Shown here: one piece after another, positions 26,817 to 38,334 of the stretch
Numbering within the stretch: the first letter of the stretch is position 1
Layout: each line of letters begins with the position of its first letter
Assembly (NCBI GenBank): GCA_013265495.1
Contig: MU061578.1
Location: 5,095,308 to 5,159,307, forward strand
Source of the DNA: Vicugna vicugna
Taxonomy: Eukaryota
Direction of reading: 5' to 3'
DNA: 64,000 nt
Made by a program: the position numbers and the translations under genes
Notes under the pieces: generated by a model
The model's database searches: none
The model's input: only the letters and a program-made list of their open reading frames with translations
What the model was told of the DNA's origin: nothing

Positions 26817-26846
26817 ATTTTGCAAGAACGAGGTTCAAGGATGTGA
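26817..26846 (+). CDS. KCTD5: KCTD5 exon 6 coding part (ILQERGSRM*)
   Basis: ttttcag acceptor. Total spliced CDS 252+109+92+96+126+30 = 705 nt = 234 aa plus stop, matching known KCTD5 length and C-terminus. Confidence 0.96.
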   Translation: MLQERGSRM

Positions 26847-28545
26847 GGATCACAGTGTTGACAGCTGAGGAAACATACCTTTTCCTGAGAAGCAATGATC
26901 CGCTGTGTCGAGGAAGCTCGGCCGTGAGAAGAAACCTGCTTTTGACAATTTCTCTAGAGATCTGGGTGTGACTCCTTTTTTGCCTCTGAGGTGGGTGGTG
27001 AGAGACGGGACCAGCTGTCTGAGGACAGGCGTCCCCACTCAAAGGTGGCACGCTGCCCCAGTGGGCGTCTCCATGGGGACCTCAGCTTGGCTTTCCCAAG
27101 TGCCACTCGGGCCTGAGGCAGGACGCTCCTGACTGACCCCTTTAATCACCGAAGATCATTTAAAGGACAGCGTTCTTGGTGCTACATAAACAGTCTGTAA
27201 CGGAGCCCTGGCCTCGCTGGTAGTAAGTGGCCACAGTGCCGCAGCCCTGGGCTCTGGGTGTCTGCTAGTCGCCCTTGCACACACCAGGCCCTGGGCCCTG
27301 GGGCAGGGCGTCTGCTCTGCCTCCCAGATGTGATCGGTTGGGGCTTCTCCCAGCCTCCACGTGTTCACTACTTCCTGGGCCTCCTTTAGAGCTGGGCTTC
27401 CCTGGCCTGACTGGGCCTGGCACAGTCACAGCTTCTCCATTTGTAATTTTCGTGTGAGAAACCTTTGCATCCTTTCTTTCCCAATGTGGATAGACTACCC
27501 AATGCTTTTACTTCTTAGAAATGCCTAAAAGGGCTGCTGCCTTTTGGGCTGATCTGTTAAGTCATTTAAAGGGAGGTACAAGTTTTGCCTCATCCGACCC
27601 ACCCGAGGGCTCGAGGGGAGCTGGCGCCCATCAGTGCCTTGGTCTCGCCTGGGATGGAGGTCGGGGTGGGAGGCCTGTCCACCTGGCTTCTGGAGCTGAA
27701 ACTCCGGGTCATGTTGAAAATTGGATGTTTACAGCGCATCACAGACATCTCTCTCTTGCCGGCTCTCTCGTTCTCTTTGTATAACTATGCAGTTCTCTCT
27801 GACACTTCTGGGGTGTTTGGGACTTCACACGCAGCCCGCATGGGCTCTGCCCCCTGACATGATGTTGGAGCTACTAGGATTCCTTTGAAAACCACTGTCC
27901 GCATGCTTCGAGAACAGACCTGCCTCGGCCGGTCATGGGGACTGTCATTCTGGGGGATCTGGCTCGGTGGGCAGCTCTCTGCTTCCTGACCTTCGGCTCC
28001 CAGGGGAGCTGTGCGCACCAACCGCTGGGGCCACCCCGCCTCAGGCCGAGGCCCCAGCACATCAGGTTCAGATGCTTTTGGAGGCTTCTCGCCTGTGCCC
28101 TCTCCTTCTTTGCCAATATTACCTGATTAACCAAGTTCTCTAGCACCTAGGACTTACCTCCTCCTTTTTGTAAGGTCTGTTGTATCTTGTTAAATGTTTG
28201 GCTTCACCTGTTTATAGCAACCTTTCTATAGGGCACACTTAGCCCCTGGGGACCCGGCCTCCCCGAGGAGCCCACGGAGGTGGGCGGCCCTTCTTGGCCT
28301 CGGGGTGCACCTGTGGGGCGCTGCTGGCCGCTTAGCGTCGTTTGGTTTGTGACCTTGACATAATAGATAGGCTTGTGGGTTTTTTTAATTTAAAAATATT
28401 AAGACTTAATTCACTAAAATTTATTCTAAGGGGATATTTATACTTTTGTACTTTTTTAGGTATCCGTATTTTATCAGCTTACAGTTTAATGCCTAAGTTT
28501 CCCCTGAAAATAGCTAATAAAATTGTGTATTTATGAATGAGCATA
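26847..28545 (+). other. KCTD5: KCTD5 3' UTR with AATAAA at 28516-28521
   Basis: Follows the stop codon; ends in an AU-rich block (28380-28540) with a canonical hexamer. Confidence 0.8.
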
Positions 28546-28910
28546 ATAACTGTTAGTGTCTGAAAATGCGTGGAAGAGCTGCAGCCGCAGAAGCACTGCC
28601 TTGGGCTCGTGGCAGCCCCAGGCTGTCCGCCCGTACACCCACTGTCCAGCCTGGGGCTGGCAGATTAGAGCAACACACTCCCATCTTCCCCCTCGGGCCC
28701 CTGGCCCCGGCCACCTCACCTCTCTTGCTGGTATCATGCCCCCATCCCTGGGGACAAGGAAATCATCTTCAAGTGCTTTTTTAAAAATTAATGATGCCCA
28801 TGGAATTAAGTGTGTGCACCTGTCCTGTCTCTTCTCTGGCCAGAAGCACCAGCTTCAGGGAAATTTCTTTGAAATTCCTTGTCCACCCTGCTCCACCGTG
28901 GCCTCTCTGG

Positions 28911-28924
28911 CTCCCCCTGGTGGC
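28911..28924 (-). promoter_or_regulatory. CTCF-like motif between the convergent 3' ends of KCTD5 and PRSS27
   Basis: Minus strand reads GCCACCAGGGGGAG, close to the CCACCAGGGGGCG core. Confidence 0.45.
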
Positions 28925-31900
28925 TGCTCTTCAAAAGCTCCCAGGATGACCAGGCATTATGGGAATCCCCATTCCTGTGTTTACTGGGAGAGCGCTGGCT
29001 CCCTGAGGTTGGCTAAGGTATCTTTGACCCCAAGATGCTGGTGTCTCCTGCTACCCAAACTCCCAGCTTTTGGGGAGTGTCCATCCTGTTTCCAGGGCCA
29101 GTCTGACTGCCCAGGCTTGGGGGTGGGAACCCTTCTGCTGGGGCCAGGGAGGAGGGGCCTCTGGGGTGTTCACTGTATAGTTTGGGGCACATGGGGAGGG
29201 ACTTCAAATTCTCCAAGGAGCTTGCTTTCTGAACAGACTAAACTTGGCATCTTCAGGTCCTTGAGGCCAACAGCAAACCTGGACTTGCTTCCAGGCCGCT
29301 CTGCTAGGGAGAGGCCCCAGAGCATCTCGGGTGTCCCAGCTGAGGTCGGGGCTTGACTGCTGACCGAGCAAAGGACTGGAGAGGAGACAGCCATCCAGCC
29401 TGGGTCCTGAGGTCCAAGGCCCTTTTGCTGGGTCCTCAGGGTTGGGACAGAGCCTGCCCCTTGGACCCCATGCTCCAGGCCCAGCATACCCGGTGTAGGA
29501 GGGCATGGGGAGGGACCTGGGGCACAGCACTCCTGGAAGCCTCAGTGTCGCCAGCCCTGTAGCTCCAGGAAGCCAGTGGGCAGGACAGAAGAGGGAGGTG
29601 GGCGCTTGGAGTGTGTAGACTCCCTGGGTGGGTCCCCAGCTGCTGGGCCTCCTGCAGAGCCTGTGCCCGGAACCTTCCAGGGCCAGGCATCTCCTTTACT
29701 CCCCTTGCCTTGCCCCTCCCCTCCCTTGCATTTCCTTGTGTCCACCCAGCAGGTGCTTCTTCTATCCTGGAGCTGGCGGTAGGGGCTGGCTGGTGCCCCA
29801 CTGCCCGTCGGTCACTGAGTCCGGCTGAGGCAGTGAAGGGCTGAGCCTGCAGTGCAGCCATTTGTCCGTCCTGCAGAGCCTGTGTGTGCTGAGCCCCGGT
29901 GCCTCAGGGCCTGCGTGGCCAGCATTCATGAGCAGAGGCAGCTCCACTCTGGCACCTTTGGACCGAGCAGTGCTTCCCTGAGAAATATCGCAAATCTGAA
30001 TGCCATTGCCCAACCTCTGCATTTAGGGGGGTGTCTCTGGTGATTTGCACCTCTGCCTGCCCCGCCTTCTGAGCACCTGAGCTCCAGGAGGTAGCATGAG
30101 GCCTCCAGTCCCCTGCACAGATGCTCCAGGATCTGGAGCTCAGCTCAGGGTACAGAGCCAGTCCTGTGACCTCAGGGCCATGGCTCACCCCTAATCCTTG
30201 AGGCCAGAAGGATTCAGGGGTCCTGGCCCAGCAGTTTTCCTCCTTGGGGCCCCACGGGCTCATCATGTCCATGAGCGTATGGTATGTGGTGTGTGTGCAC
30301 GTGTGTGGATTTCCAGGCTTGGTTGTGGCCCCCTCCTCTTGCTTCACCTGCAGGCTGCTGTGGTTGCTGCGAGGTGGACCCAGCCCTGGGCTGTGCCTGC
30401 TCCCCTCTGCCCCCAGCAGGCTGGCAGACAGTCTCCCAGACTGGGCCAGCCTGTGCTCTGAAGTGTTGTTGCTGCAGCTGCTGAGGCCCTGTCACTGCTG
30501 CCCACTCACCAGGCGGTGGCTCTGAGCTGCTGCTTGGTGGCAGCATGGAAAGTCTTGCCTGCCTGGCACCCCTACCCAGGTGGGAGAGGGGACCTGCAAC
30601 AGCTGGGGGCACAACACTGAGCTTACTGTGAACTGTGAATGGCCTGCATAAACCTGCTTCCCATTGAAACCCTAGATTCTGCAAGAGTGTTGTCCCTTCC
30701 CCTCCCACAGCCATCGGGATGAGTGTCTGCCTTGGGCCTGGGTGGGGCTAGTGTTTGGGGAACCCAGGTGGTGGAGGACCTGTGCCCTAGAGTCATATGC
30801 TTGCCACCACCTGGGACCCACCCAGGGCCTCAGACACCCTCCCAGCCCGGCTGGGTGGAGCGTTAATGGGGGTGCTGGGCAGCCCTGACATCTGTGCCTC
30901 TCCTCCCTGTTAGCCCCACGGAACCCTAACCAGACTCCTGTAGCAGAGGGAAGAGGATGAGTGGGGTGATGGGGGATACCAGGGCACCTGGAAAGTTAGG
31001 ACAGCAGGCAAGAGGAGGCAGATGGGGTGGCAGGTCCTCCTCTAAGAGGAGCCTGGTCCTCACCCCATCTCCATCCTGGCCTCTCACCACCAAGGTGGCA
31101 GAGGGTCTGTCTAACCTCCCCTGATGCCCACCTCTGTAGGACCTGAAGCTTTTTCTTCTCCCCACAGGGGGCTAGCCTCTCTCCAGGGCTGCAGGACCCA
31201 GGCCAGCCCCTTGATTCCAGCCAGAATGACCGAGAACTTGTCCCTGGAGCCACCCTCAGGACACCCACAACGGAATTGTTCCCCCATCAGGCCTCAGTGC
31301 ACCTGCTGCCCTGTACCTCTTCCTCCCTTCCCTGCACTGCCTCCTCCCCTAGAACTTGGAGCCCATTCTGCTCTGGAGAAGTTGCTCACAGAGGACCCAG
31401 TCCCCAGAGGGCCACCAAGCACTCCTTCCTGCCCTCGGGAACATGCCCAGGCAAAGTAGAGCAGAGGGGAATTCAGTGTGTGTTTCCTCCTCTCCCCGGG
31501 ACTGGGCCACAGCAGGTGCCTGCTCAGTGCTTATTGATTTGCTCCATTAATATCCAGCTGGGAGAGTATGGGTCCGTGTGTGTGCTCTCTTACGTGCGTG
31601 TGCTTCTCTGTGCCTGGGTGTGCATAGGCATGTGTGCACTGGTGGGTCCATCTGCATGCGTATGCATGTGGTGTGCACTAGCCTGTGGGCATGGGTGTGT
31701 GTGTGTAGTGTCCAAGGCCCTGTCCCCCTAGGACTCTTTCCCGTTCAAGGTTGCTGAGCACAGCGGAAGCCTGCTGCCTTTCAGCAGTCCGCCCACATGG
31801 GGGAGTCGATCGTCTGGCTACAGAAGGCCTGCTGTGGACGCACTTGGGCCAGACTGAGAACCCAGGGCTGCCTGCGTGGGCAGCTGCGCCATCAGGGCCT

Positions 31901-33196
31901 TGACAGGCAGGGCCGGAGTGAGCCGGGGGCCTGAGCTTCGAGACCTGTTCCTGCTGGATTCCTGGTGGCCACAGGCTGAAACTGGGTGGACTAGGAAGGG
32001 ATTGTGTGGGGTGATGACAGGATGAGGGACAAGGGGGTGGGGACACTGGGCAGGGGCTGAGCACAAGGCTGTCTGTGCAGGATTCTAGCTTGTTTCTGAA
32101 TTCCCAGGGATCCTCGCAGAAACCATTAAAGACTCCAGCAAGTCTGGCCTCAGCTTCAAACATTGCGGAAGGAGGAAGGAAGGGGTCCTGGCTCAGGTAG
32201 CTGCTGAAACCTCTGCCTGTCCCGGAGGGACCTTTCCTGCTGACCTCCATGGCCCCGCGTGACCTGGGCCTTGGCTCCTCTGTGTGACAGCATCACAGCT
32301 CTGACTGCTGTGTGTGAACTTGATGTAGGTCACACAGGCCCCTGCATCCCTGAGGTCTGGGGAGGTCTAGCCTCTGGGGTGTTGGGTCTGCATATCCCTG
32401 GCAGAGCTGTCCCCAGGCGGCTGGAGCCTAGGAAGGAGGTGGGCAGGCACAGGAGACTGACATAGCCTTAGGCAAGTTCTCCATCCACCTCGTCACCCGA
32501 GAGGCAGGTGGGGGCGCTGTCCTGGGTGGCAGGAGAGAAACGGGCTCAGAAGGGGCTGTGACTTGTCCAAAGTCTCCCAGAAGATGTGGACCCCAACTCC
32601 AGCCTCTCCCTACCCACTGCAGCTTTGCTTTCACTGACGGAGGTTGAGGCCGAGGGAGTGGGTAGAGGAAAAGAAGAGGTGGGTAAAGGGGGCCCTTGGG
32701 CACCAGGAGCAGCCCCTGCAGGAGCAGTGCATCACCAAGAGAAGTTTTGGGGTGATTCAGACACAAGCAGTGGGGGCTGTGATCCCCAACACTCCGCAGG
32801 GCCCTCCTGGACCCTCCCCCAGGGCCCCTACTAGTGTCTGTCACTGCCCCCAGTGCCCAACACAGGGCACCCCTTGGCAACACTTGTGGTGAGGACCACG
32901 TTGGCAAGGACACTGAGGCAGGGGTGGGAGCAGGGAAGCCACCTGTGAGGGGGTCTGGTGACAGATGTCACAGGAGACAAGGAGGCCCTAGACTCAGTGA
33001 TGTCCAGCCTCCAGCGTGCCTGCTGTAGTTCCCTTCCACTGGGGAGCCTTGCCCTCTAATTTCCCACCCAACATTGACCCCCCAACTCACAGCTCCTCAG
33101 CGCCATCCCCTCCGGCACCATCACATCCAGCACCTCTCCACCCCGACTCCTTCACCTGAGAGTCCATGCTCAGGGAGCCGGCACTGAGGTTGGGTT

Positions 33197-33202
33197 TTTA
33201 TT
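33197..33202 (-). terminator. PRSS27: PRSS27 polyadenylation signal
   Basis: TTTATT on + (AATAAA on -), ~120 nt after the stop codon. Confidence 0.8.
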
Positions 33203-33319
33203 GGCTCATGAACATAAATTTAAAAAGTGAGCACTTGAGAGAAGGGAGAATTGGGGAGCTATTTACAAATGTACACCCTGGGCCCCGGGGCTCCACTGCG
33301 CCACCGGCCTCAGTGAGGT

Positions 33320-33613
33320 TCAGAGGAAGGTGAGCGGGGCAATGAGGACCAGGAGGATGGCATGGGCTGCCAGGCAGGGCGCTAAGTTCCTACTGGGGAG
33401 CTGATGGCCCCGGAAGCCCCGCTTCTGGCCACCTGACCTAGCCCGCTGGAACTGCAGTTTGGGAATGATGCGATGGATCCAATTATGGTGAGAGGTGACC
33501 CGGATGTAGACGCCTGGGCGGTTCCGGCGGGCGCAGCCCTCGCCCCAGCTGATCACCCCAGCCTGCATCCACGACTGGCCCACAAGGCACACCAGGGGGC
33601 CCCCTGAGTCTCC
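33320..33613 (-). CDS. PRSS27: PRSS27 exon 6 ([36 protein letters not shown]...[11 protein letters not shown]), catalytic Ser plus hydrophobic tail
   Basis: cacag acceptor; GDSGGP motif; 294 nt including stop. Confidence 0.95.
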   Translation of the reverse strand, partial: GDSGGPLVCLVGQSWMQAGVISWGEGCARRNRPGVYIRVTSHHNWIHRIIPKLQFQRARSGGQKRGFRGHQLPSRNLAPCLAAHAILLVLIAPLTFL

Positions 33614-33976
33614 CTGTGGGTGAAACAGGCACAGTCAAAGCTCATAGAGGCCCAAGAGCCAGCCTATGTGGTACACAGGTACCCACAGGCCCGTTTTCCT
33701 CCCCGTGGCTAGGACACCCCCCTACTCCCCTCTGGTCCTTCCTCTCTGGCCTGGGGTGCCAATTTCTCTAGCATCCCCAGCTCCCACCCTGATTCACCTC
33801 AGAGGAACAAGCTGAAAGAGCAGTTTCCTCAGCCCCACTGCAGACCTACTGATTGACTCCCCTGGGAGGGCCCTCCAACAGGGGCCTCGTGCCTTGTCCC
33901 AGGTAGACTGGCTTCCACCCTGACCCAGGCCTTGGGAGCAGGCCTCAGCCCCTGCATAGCCCACGCTAATCCCTAC

Positions 33977-34146
33977 CTTGCAGGCGTCCTTCTTGCCCTC
34001 GGCGAAGCCTGCACACAGCATGTCCTCCTTGATGGTTTTTGGCTGGAAGCCGGACTCGGCGTCTTTGCTGTAGAGCAGGTTGCACTTGGGCGTGTCAATG
34101 ATGGGCACTGCAAGTTTCTGCAGGATCCGTGGGTTGGGTAGGCGCT
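33977..34146 (-). CDS. PRSS27: PRSS27 exon 5 (ERLPNPRILQKLAVPIIDTPKCNLLYSKDAESGFQPKTIKEDMLCAGFAEGKKDACK)
   Basis: cccag acceptor, AAG|gtaggg donor; 170 nt; MLCAG and KDAC (S1 Asp, trypsin-like) motifs. Confidence 0.95.
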
Positions 34147-34520
34147 CTGGGGAGGGGTGACACAGCCTGCAGCTCAATGGATAGTCTTACTGAGGACCCC
34201 ATGACTCTGGGTTCTCAAGGACCATAGCTCTGTCCCTCCCCATTTCTTGCTTGGGTTTAGACCTCTTCTGGCCCTCAGCTTTGTGGAACAGAATTGCTTC
34301 TTCCCTCCCTCCATCTACGAGGCTAGGCTCTTTGTTCCCCTTTCTCCACTTCCCCATGGCTCCTCCTCCTGAGCCTGTGGCCCCTTTCCATACTTACTCC
34401 ACCCACTTGTGTAGAAATCATGTGTACCAATATTAACAGAAAAAGATTGTTGGTTCAGATTGGCCCCCAAGCTGCTTTCTCTAGGCCTGTCCCCCATTCT
34501 CTCCTGGCCATGTCCATTAC

Positions 34521-34792
34521 CTTGTTCACTGGGGCTGCCCCAGCCGGTGACCCAGCAGTTCATGCCTGTCTCAAAGATGACCGATGGGTCAGGAACACAC
34601 ACAGGGAGGATATAATCGGTGAAGGTCACGGGCGCCTCCAGCTCCACCAGGGCCACATCGGCACTAGAGGCCATGCCCTGGTACAGGGGGTTGCTCTCCA
34701 CTCGCTTCACCCCAGCGTACATGGCATGTGGCCCCGGCTTCACCAGTTGCCGCGCCCCCAGCAGGACCTGGTACAGCAATGTTTCAGAGGTG
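34521..34792 (-). CDS. PRSS27: PRSS27 exon 4 (NTSETLLYQVLLGARQL...ADVALVEL...CWVTGWGSPSEQ), catalytic Asp
   Basis: accag acceptor, G|gtaatg donor; 272 nt; DVAL and CWVTGWG motifs. Confidence 0.95.
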
Positions 34793-35024
34793 CTGGTAGG
34801 AGAGCAGAGACCTGGTGTGAGGCAGCCCCACTAGGGCTTAACAAGGGGAAGTTTAATGGAGAAGGGAACTAGGAGTTGGGCTCTCTCCCAGCCCACCCCA
34901 GTGCCTAATCTCTCTTTGCACATTATCATCAAAAAAGTAATCTCCAGGGGGACAAACATCAGGATGAGGTGGTTGAGGGTGTAGAAGCTGAAGCAGCTTT
35001 AGTTCCCAACTCCACCCTGGCCAG

Positions 35025-35135
35025 CTTGGCAACCTGGGGCAAGTCACCAAGCAAGTTCTCTGTGACTCAGTTTTCTTGTCTGTAAAATGGGGACAGGAAC
35101 AATCCCTACCTGAAAGGTTTGCTGTGAGAGTTGGA
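35025..35135 (+). mobile_element. MIR SINE fragment (similar fragments near 5870-6020, 10775-10810, 36165-36350, 59600-59720)
   Basis: MIR core: ggcaagtcac...ctctgtgactcagttttcttgtctgtaaaatgggga...cctacc. Confidence 0.7.
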
Positions 35136-35746
35136 GATGACCACCCATGGGTGTGCAGCTGGGGGTTGGACCCAGCCTTAGGCAAGTGACCTACTCCCTC
35201 TGAGCCCACATTTCTGAATTTAAGATGTGAAGTTTTAAAAGAATTGCAGAGCTATGGTGAGACAAGCTGAGATGCCTGGGAAACCCTATAGGTCTGGGCC
35301 AGGTGGGTCACGGTATGATAGCAGGGATTGGGTGGCTTGGCTCTTTGGATAGGGATGGTATAGGTGACCTTAGGATGAGGAGGAGGAAGGGACATTCTGC
35401 TCCAGTCCATTTGTAACCAGAGTCCCAGCCAGAAAGGGAGTGTCCTGGATTTGAAGTCTGGGAGAGGGGACAGGGAAGAAGGCCAGGGTGCGGGAGGAGC
35501 CTGCCAGCGTTTGCAGGGATGGGACCCCAGGCCTGACAAAGCACCTCACTTGTGAGGCCAGCAGCTGGGGAATGGACCCCTCCCAGCTCGGCTGAGAGGG
35601 GCAAAGGCTGGGAAGCAACGATTACTGCCAGAAGCTGACTCCGAGGTTGGACCTAAAGGGAGCTCTGTCTGGGAAGGCCGGTCAGTGCTGGACAGCCTCC
35701 CCAGCGGGTAGGTGTTCAGCCCGAGCGCCCGCGCCCCGCCACACGT

Positions 35747-35767
35747 GGCGCTGTCCGCGGTGCTGAA
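35747..35767 (-). promoter_or_regulatory. RE1/NRSE (REST-binding silencer element) in PRSS27 intron 3
   Basis: Minus strand reads TTCAGCACCGCGGACAGCGCC versus canonical TTCAGCACCACGGACAGCGCC: 20/21, with the only difference in the variable spacer. Confidence 0.85.
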
Positions 35768-35876
35768 GCCGAGCGTTAGTGGGTTACCATGTACAGGGTC
35801 TGCGCCCCAGTAGAGAGAAAGGCCGGTGAGGCTGGCGTTGGGTGGGGAGGGGGAGCGTGGGGTCTCAGCAGACTTA

Positions 35877-36125
<249 letters not shown>

Positions 36126-36740
36126 TTACTTTCTGCCCAATTCCCAGCCTCCCTGCCCCTGACCTGCTCGGTGACCTTAGGCAAGTCAGAAGACTCTGCA
36201 ACGAGTCAGCCTCTGACACAGGCAGACCATTCCCAGCTGTGGGGAAGTCCCCCACCCCGTGGGCCTCACACCCTTCATCTGTGAAATGGTGACATCAGAC
36301 CTACACCTCCGGTCATGGGGTGAGGGGGTGGTGAGATAACACAGGTAAGGGTCTTATCTCAGGGCCAGGTGGGCTCCTGGAAGTTCAGTGGGTGTTGGGA
36401 GAGTCCCACATGGGGTAGGTGACCCCAAGGGGGTCTGTTATAGCAGAATGGTCCTCCAGTTCTATCCTTAGCTGTCCTGTCACCTTTCCTGCCCCCCTTT
36501 CTCCATGCTTCATGCCTCAGTGGCCTTCTTTTGCCATCTGCACTGTGTATCAGACCTTTCTCCTCCACTTCTCCCTGGGCTCCAGTTCCACTGAACCACA
36601 ACTTGTCTGCACTGTGGGATTCCCTGTGCCCTGCCCATTCATTCTGGGTCTCGTTCCAGGGGTGGGGGTTCCTGGCCAGTCTTGCAGCTCTCAGACAAGC
36701 CCACTCCTGTTCCCTCAACCCAAGGGCCTTAGATGCTTAC

Positions 36741-36767
36741 CACTTAATGCCTCAGTCCCCTGAGTTC
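36741..36767 (-). CDS. PRSS27: PRSS27 27-nt exon 2 (G-TQGTEALS-A)
   Basis: Strong tract ttcttttttcttgctttcag acceptor and G|gtaagc donor; phase 1-1, joins exons 1 and 3 in frame. Confidence 0.85.
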
Positions 36768-38224
36768 CTGAAAGCAAGAAAAAAGAAGGTGATTAGCCAA
36801 CTTTGCTGAAGGTCTGCTCTTCCCCTCCCGCTGCTGCTTGGAGTAGACTCTCCTCTGCTCCACACCCAGCCTCCTGCAGACTTAGAAGGGAAGTCCACAG
36901 AAGTACCTGGCAGGAGAAGCCAGGGACTTTCAGTTCCCCACAAGTCTGGCCCCCTGCAATGGTTGCTGGCCCAGGCCTGTGGACCAGAGCTTATCTGTAA
37001 GAATGGATAAACCTGCCCCAGGAGAAACCAGTTAGAAGATGCCAGCAAGGGGATCCTGTCATAGCTTGACTCTCCTGTTTGGGGCAGGATGGCTCCTTCT
37101 TGTCCTCACAGGGGCTTTTCCTCCACACCCCACACTCATCCTTGTCTGGAAGCTCTGGGGAGAATCTAGCCTTCAGCCCTGGTGCTGTAGGGTCTCCCTC
37201 ACCCCTCTTCAACAGCCTGGGGCTGGGATGAAGGAAGAGATAGGCCCTGGGGCCTTTGCTCACAGTCTGTTCCAGCATAAGCAAGCCTCCAAGGTTTAAT
37301 CATGAGATGACAGCTCAGCTCCACAGGTCTCTCTGGTCTCAGAGGAGTAGAGAGAGGCCAGCCAGTGGCCTTGGGTCAGTCTCCCCAAGATTCCAGGTGC
37401 CCAAGAGCCAACCCCTCTCCAAGACATCCCAGGATGCTTGCAGTTGGAGCCCAGGATCCCCCGCTGGGCCATGGCACCCCTGCCTGGGTGAGGGGACTGG
37501 CAGAGGAGTTGGAGTGGGACCATTCTGAGGCCCATCTCCCCTGGATCCGTTACCCCCACGTCTCTGGACAGAGACACAGGGCCTGCTACCCAGTATCTAT
37601 GGATCCTCCACCCCAGCCTGAAGACCCCAGCCAGGCCATTAGTCCTCAGCTCCCTGCCAGCAACACTCCAGAAATATCTGCCTGTAGAGAGAGCCCTGCC
37701 TATGCCTGGTTCACTGGGGGCAGATCCGATCAGAGCTGGGGCAGGGGCTCAGGACAGCCTCTCCCCACCTCCACCCTCAGCATTTCCACTACGCCCCAAC
37801 CCCTTTCATGGTGAGTTCACTCTTTGACCTGAAGAAGGAACCAATCCCAGGCATCTGAGCGGCCATGGAGGGCAGGAACAGGTCAGGCTGAGCCACGCCT
37901 CTGTGGTGTGCCCGAACACCTGGGGGATTTTTATGGGATCCCCATCCTTCCAGACTGAGGGACGCAGTCCCCAATGCTGAGGATGGGGTTGGATGATGAA
38001 GCAGTTTGGGGGGTGCTATGCAGGGGGCGAGAGGAGGAGGTAGACACTAGGGGGCTGAGAAGGCACAGTCAGGACTGGCCACTCTTTAAAATAGAAGTGC
38101 CAAACAGAAGTATGGGGGCAAGAGTAGTGTCCGTGCAGGCCGGCAACGGGGAGTGGGAAGTCTACTGCTGAACAGTCACTCATTGATCTGTGTTAACAAG
38201 GCACCCTTTTAAAATGCAAGTGTC

Positions 38225-38334
38225 GGAAGGTGGGTATAGCTGAATGGTAGAGCTCCTGCTTAGCATGCAGGAGGTCCTGGGTTCAATCCCTACCTAGTAC
38301 CTCTGTCAAAAAGAAAGAAAGAAAGAAAAAAGAA
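38225..38334 (+). mobile_element. tRNA-derived SINE (Vic-1-like, camelid) in PRSS27 intron 1
   Basis: A box (tagctgaatgg), B box (ggttcaatccc), A-rich tail, degenerate TSD gcaagtgtc/gcaaatgtc. Confidence 0.8.

Noticed and set aside
5000..33000. Numerous 60-270 aa ORFs on both strands (e.g. 12080-12691, 23084-23692, 28556-29356)
   Set aside because: Low-complexity P/G/A/R/W-rich translations expected by chance in GC-rich intronic or intergenic DNA; no domain motifs or coherent splice structure.
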